DNA from: Deltaproteobacteria bacterium
GTDB taxonomy: Bacteria > Desulfobacterota > G020345765
Direction: 5' to 3'
DNA length: 34,014 nt
Assembly (NCBI GenBank): GCA_030616835.1
Contig: JAUWWP010000001.1
Coordinates: 1 to 34,014, forward strand
Position numbers and translations under genes: made by a program. Numbering within the stretch: the stretch's first letter is position 1; each line of letters opens with the position of its first letter. The notes beneath the pieces were generated by a model. The model made no database searches. It had not been told where the DNA came from and was given only the letters and a program-made list of their open reading frames with translations. Below are positions 31,547-34,014 of the stretch, one piece after another.

Positions 31547-32360
31547 ACAGGTAGCTATTGTGAGGTCCACTTGCCTCTATATCGCTACCAAGCTTGGAGA
31601 CATCATGGATGAACTCGTCGTGGTTGGCGGCCTGGTTCCTTCGCTGCTTATAAATCAGGACTCCCTCCCAGAAGGCGCCGATGCCCACGTGGGGACGATG
31701 GACCTGGACGTCGGCCTTACCCTGGCCCTTCTGGAAAATAGAGGTTACAAAACGCTGACCGAACGGTTGCGGGTATCGGGCTTCTCTCAAGACGCCAACG
31801 AGGAAGGCAACCCGACGCGCCAACGCTGGAAGATCGAGCGGGAGGAGAAGATTACGGTAGATTTCCTCATTCAGCCGAGCTTGCCTGATGACCGAGGTGG
31901 CAGGTTGCGAAACATTGAACCAGATTTCGCCGCGGTGATTACGCCCGGACTCCATTTGGCGTTTGAGGATCGCGAGCGCATTTCACTCTCAGGCGAAACG
32001 ATCATGGGTGAACAGGCAACGCGTAAGGTCTGGGTTTGCGGACCCGGCGCATATGTTGTGTTGAAGGCCCTAGCCTTCGATATGCGTGGCGAGAACAAGG
32101 ACGCTTATGACCTGTTCTACCTTATCCAGAATTTGGATGGGGGCGTCAAGGAAATCGCTTCACGGCTCAAACTGTTCATCGATGATTCTTTTACTCAGGA
32201 AGCATTGAAAGTACTACGCCGTGATTTCCTTGACAATGATGGTGTCGGGCCTCGTCGAGTTGCGGAATTTAAAAAAGGTGGACACGACGAAGACATTCAA
32301 GCCGATGTTGTCGGCTATGTTAAGCTCCTACTTGAACTGTGCGGATCGATCCACACCTAA
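31509..32360 (+). CDS. AbiEii-like nucleotidyltransferase (type IV TA / abortive-infection toxin family)
   Basis: 283 aa. GGAGGA lies 4 nt upstream; 38-nt overlap with the upstream gene. NTase pattern VVVGGLVPSLL...GTMDLDVGL and the downstream KALAFDMRGENKDAYDLFYLI. Confidence 0.6.
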   Translation: MAEPTTAAGYRSKQVAIVRSTCLYIATKLGDIMDELVVVGGLVPSLLINQDSLPEGADAHVGTMDLDVGLTLALLENRGYKTLTERLRVSGFSQDANEEGNPTRQRWKIEREEKITVDFLIQPSLPDDRGGRLRNIEPDFAAVITPGLHLAFEDRERISLSGETIMGEQATRKVWVCGPGAYVVLKALAFDMRGENKDAYDLFYLIQNLDGGVKEIASRLKLFIDDSFTQEALKVLRRDFLDNDGVGPRRVAEFKKGGHDEDIQADVVGYVKLLLELCGSIHT

Positions 32361-32513
32361 TATCTCGCTAAAAGCTGACGAAGGAAGTCGAAATGCTGAG
32401 AGCAGATCGGCAGCAATAATTATCAAAACATGGAGGAAGCAGGAAGAAACAGGGAAAATAAAATTAGACCGGTAGCCACTCCGCCAGTGTTCTACTCTAA
32501 CCTAAAGACAAGC

Positions 32514-32571
32514 CGGATTTAAAGGCTAAATTTAAATAGAAACAACGCAGCAAGTAAACAGCGTCCCCACC
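32514..32571 (+). repeat. 58-nt direct repeat, right copy
   Basis: See 30307-30364. It lies 28 nt upstream of the MNT gene. Confidence 0.6.
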
Positions 32572-32598
32572 CCACTCTAAGAAGAGGGAGGATAAGCA

Positions 32599-32892
32599 AT
32601 GAAAACAAAAGAGGAAATTTTGAAGATACTTAAGGATGAATTTCCCTATCTCAAAGAGAAATATGGGGTAAAAAAGATCGGGGTATTTGGCTCATATTCA
32701 CGAGCAGAACAGGATATTGAAAGTGATGTAGATATTCTCATTCAGTTTGAAAAACCAATAGGATTTTTTAAATTTATTGCTATTGAAGATTATCTCAGTG
32801 AGAGACTTAAGGCAAAAGTGGAACTGGTCACTGAAGATGCTTTAAAACCTATCATAAAACCCTATGTGATGGAGGATGTTGTTTATGTCTAA
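32599..32892 (+). CDS. mntA: MNT-type minimal nucleotidyltransferase antitoxin (type VII TA)
   Basis: 97 aa with GVFGSYSRAEQDIESDVDILIQF (GS-x10-DxD). GGGAGG ribosome-binding site. The stop overlaps the next ATG (ATGTCTAA). Confidence 0.85.
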   Translation: MKTKEEILKILKDEFPYLKEKYGVKKIGVFGSYSRAEQDIESDVDILIQFEKPIGFFKFIAIEDYLSERLKAKVELVTEDALKPIIKPYVMEDVVYV

Positions 32893-33096
32893 GGCATTTA
32901 GAGATGTCGAGCTCTTCATAAATGATATTTTGGAAGCTATTGAGAAGATAGAAATGTACACCTCTGTGATAAGCTATGAAGAATTTATGGAAATGTGTAA
33001 ACAAAGGATGCGGTTTTAAGGAGCTTAGAGATTATAGGAGAAGCGGTTAAAAATATTCCGAAGGGATTCGGGGTCACATCTTCATATATCATTTAA
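32885..33096 (+). pseudogene. hepT: HepT (DUF86, HEPN) toxin remnant, frameshifted and 3'-truncated
   Basis: Frame 1 (MSKAFRDVELFINDILEAIEKIE...) stops at 33019. A shifted frame continues as KDAVLRSLEIIGEAVKNIPKGF and stops at 33096, before any R-x4-6-H HEPN motif. Confidence 0.7.
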
Positions 33097-33193
33097 AAGA
33101 AAGTAGAGGGGTTATCCATTAAAGGGCACCTGTCAAGATAAAAAAGATAAAAAGAAAGGCTCCCTTCGACTTCGCTTCCTTCGGCTTCGCTCA

Positions 33194-33229
33194 GGGCAGG
33201 CAGGGCAGGCAGGGCAGGCAGGGCAGGCA
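33194..33229 (+). repeat. 9-bp tandem repeat (GGGCAGGCA) x4, G-quadruplex-capable
   Basis: Four exact units read directly. GGG tracts at 33194, 33203, 33212 and 33221 are separated by 6-nt loops. Confidence 0.85.
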
Positions 33230-33327
33230 GGCCCGCAGTCTTGAGAGAATAAAATGAAGTTGGGAACGACTCCTATTCCCCTGCATTTTCAAAGAAATTA
33301 TATCTATAATATAAGAGGGAGATAGTT

Positions 33328-34014
33328 ATGGGAATTTTTGCGGACAAAATTATTATCATTACGGGCGGCGCTTCGGGCATCGGCCGGGCACTCGGGGAAG
33401 AATTGTCCCGCCGCGGCGCACTGATAATCCTGGCCGATGTGAACACTAAACTGCTCGAGGAAGTCGCCAACTCAATGACGAAGGCAGGCGGGCGGGCGAA
33501 AGCGGTAACACTCGATGTCACCGATTTCGAAGCGGTTAAAAAGCTGGTGGATGATACCGTCGCCCAATACGACCGGCTGGATTATATCTTCAACAACACA
33601 GGCATTGGCGTCGGCGGCGAAGCTCGAGACTATTCCTACGATGACTGGCGCAAGATAATTGATGTAAATCTTTACGGGGTCGTCAATGGCGTTGCCGCGG
33701 CCTACACGATTATGGTAAAGCAAGGCTTTGGGCATATCATAAACACCGCATCTTTGGCGGGGCTGACCCCAGCTGCGGGGGAAATTTCCTACACCGCAAG
33801 CAAGTACGGAATAGTGGGGCTCTCCAATGCACTGCGGGTGGAGGGCGCGGGACTTGGGGTGAAGGTCAGTGTGGTTTGCCCCGGATTTATTGAGACGCCG
33901 TTCTTTTATACCTCCAAGTTTGTCAAACTCGACCGCGAAAAATTGCTCGAATTGATACCCAAAGGCATAACCATAACCCCCGAGAAATGCGCCCGGGTGA
34001 TTTTGCGCGGGGTC
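33328..34014 (+). CDS. short-chain dehydrogenase/reductase (SDR), 3' end outside the window
   Basis: Open frame to the window edge, so it is absent from the ORF track. IIITGGASGIGRALG (TGxxxGxG), NNTGI and YTASKYG (YxxxK). GAGGGAG ribosome-binding site. Confidence 0.85.
   Translation, partial: MGIFADKIIIITGGASGIGRALGEELSRRGALIILADVNTKLLEEVANSMTKAGGRAKAVTLDVTDFEAVKKLVDDTVAQYDRLDYIFNNTGIGVGGEARDYSYDDWRKIIDVNLYGVVNGVAAAYTIMVKQGFGHIINTASLAGLTPAAGEISYTASKYGIVGLSNALRVEGAGLGVKVSVVCPGFIETPFFYTSKFVKLDREKLLELIPKGITITPEKCARVILRGV

Noticed and set aside
31458-31955. 165-aa minus-strand ORF, plus 30493-30918, 30911-31162 and 31187-31447, inside the GC-rich cassette
   Set aside because: They lie antisense to the two motif-bearing AbiE-like genes and are Arg/Pro-rich, as expected for shadow frames in GC-rich DNA.
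32221-32475. 84-aa ORF bridging the end of the NTase gene and the downstream spacer
   Set aside because: It is out of frame within the NTase gene for half its length. The remainder is purine-rich low-complexity spacer with no RBS.

Overview
This 34-kb window reads like chromosome from an uncultivated diderm bacterium. I saw no rRNA, tRNA or CRISPR array. It has three blocks.
(1) 0.1-23.5 kb is a mostly AT-rich cell-envelope glycan locus. It holds a SAM methyltransferase, four GT-A/GT-B glycosyltransferases, and two paralogous copies of a GT-C (ArnT/PMT-like) membrane glycosyltransferase plus a membrane-anchored SGNH hydrolase. It also holds one intact and one 5'-only TonB-dependent-receptor-like barrel gene, two sulfatase-fold proteins with Thr where formylglycine sulfatases carry Cys/Ser, a secreted PHP phosphoesterase, and a GC-rich envelope protein. 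The locus shows rearrangement scars: a tandem-duplication junction, a relic of the upstream GT gene, and a gene-conversion-like tract. An intact IS1380-family element (14-bp IRs, TTTAA target duplication) sits inside a decayed alpha/beta-hydrolase gene.
(2) 23.6-27.4 kb holds vapBC and a GC-rich thiolase + DUF35/SCP2 operon.
(3) 27.6-33.1 kb is a small TA/defence island. It holds a DHH-DHHA1 phosphoesterase and an AbiEi-like regulator with an odd 95-aa partner. It also holds a GC-rich AbiE-like pair whose first protein has an extra N-terminal PD-(D/E)xK-like domain, and an MNT/HepT pair with a decayed toxin. The 5' part of an SDR gene follows.
Most of the longer intergenic spacers are filled with short repeat families: GC-rich palindromes, TIR-bounded MITE-like units, and nonamer and heptamer tandem repeats. 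The best candidates for something undescribed are the duplicated GT-C/SGNH/barrel triad and the nuclease-domain AbiE-like cassette. All functional calls rest on motif recognition by eye; no database search was possible.
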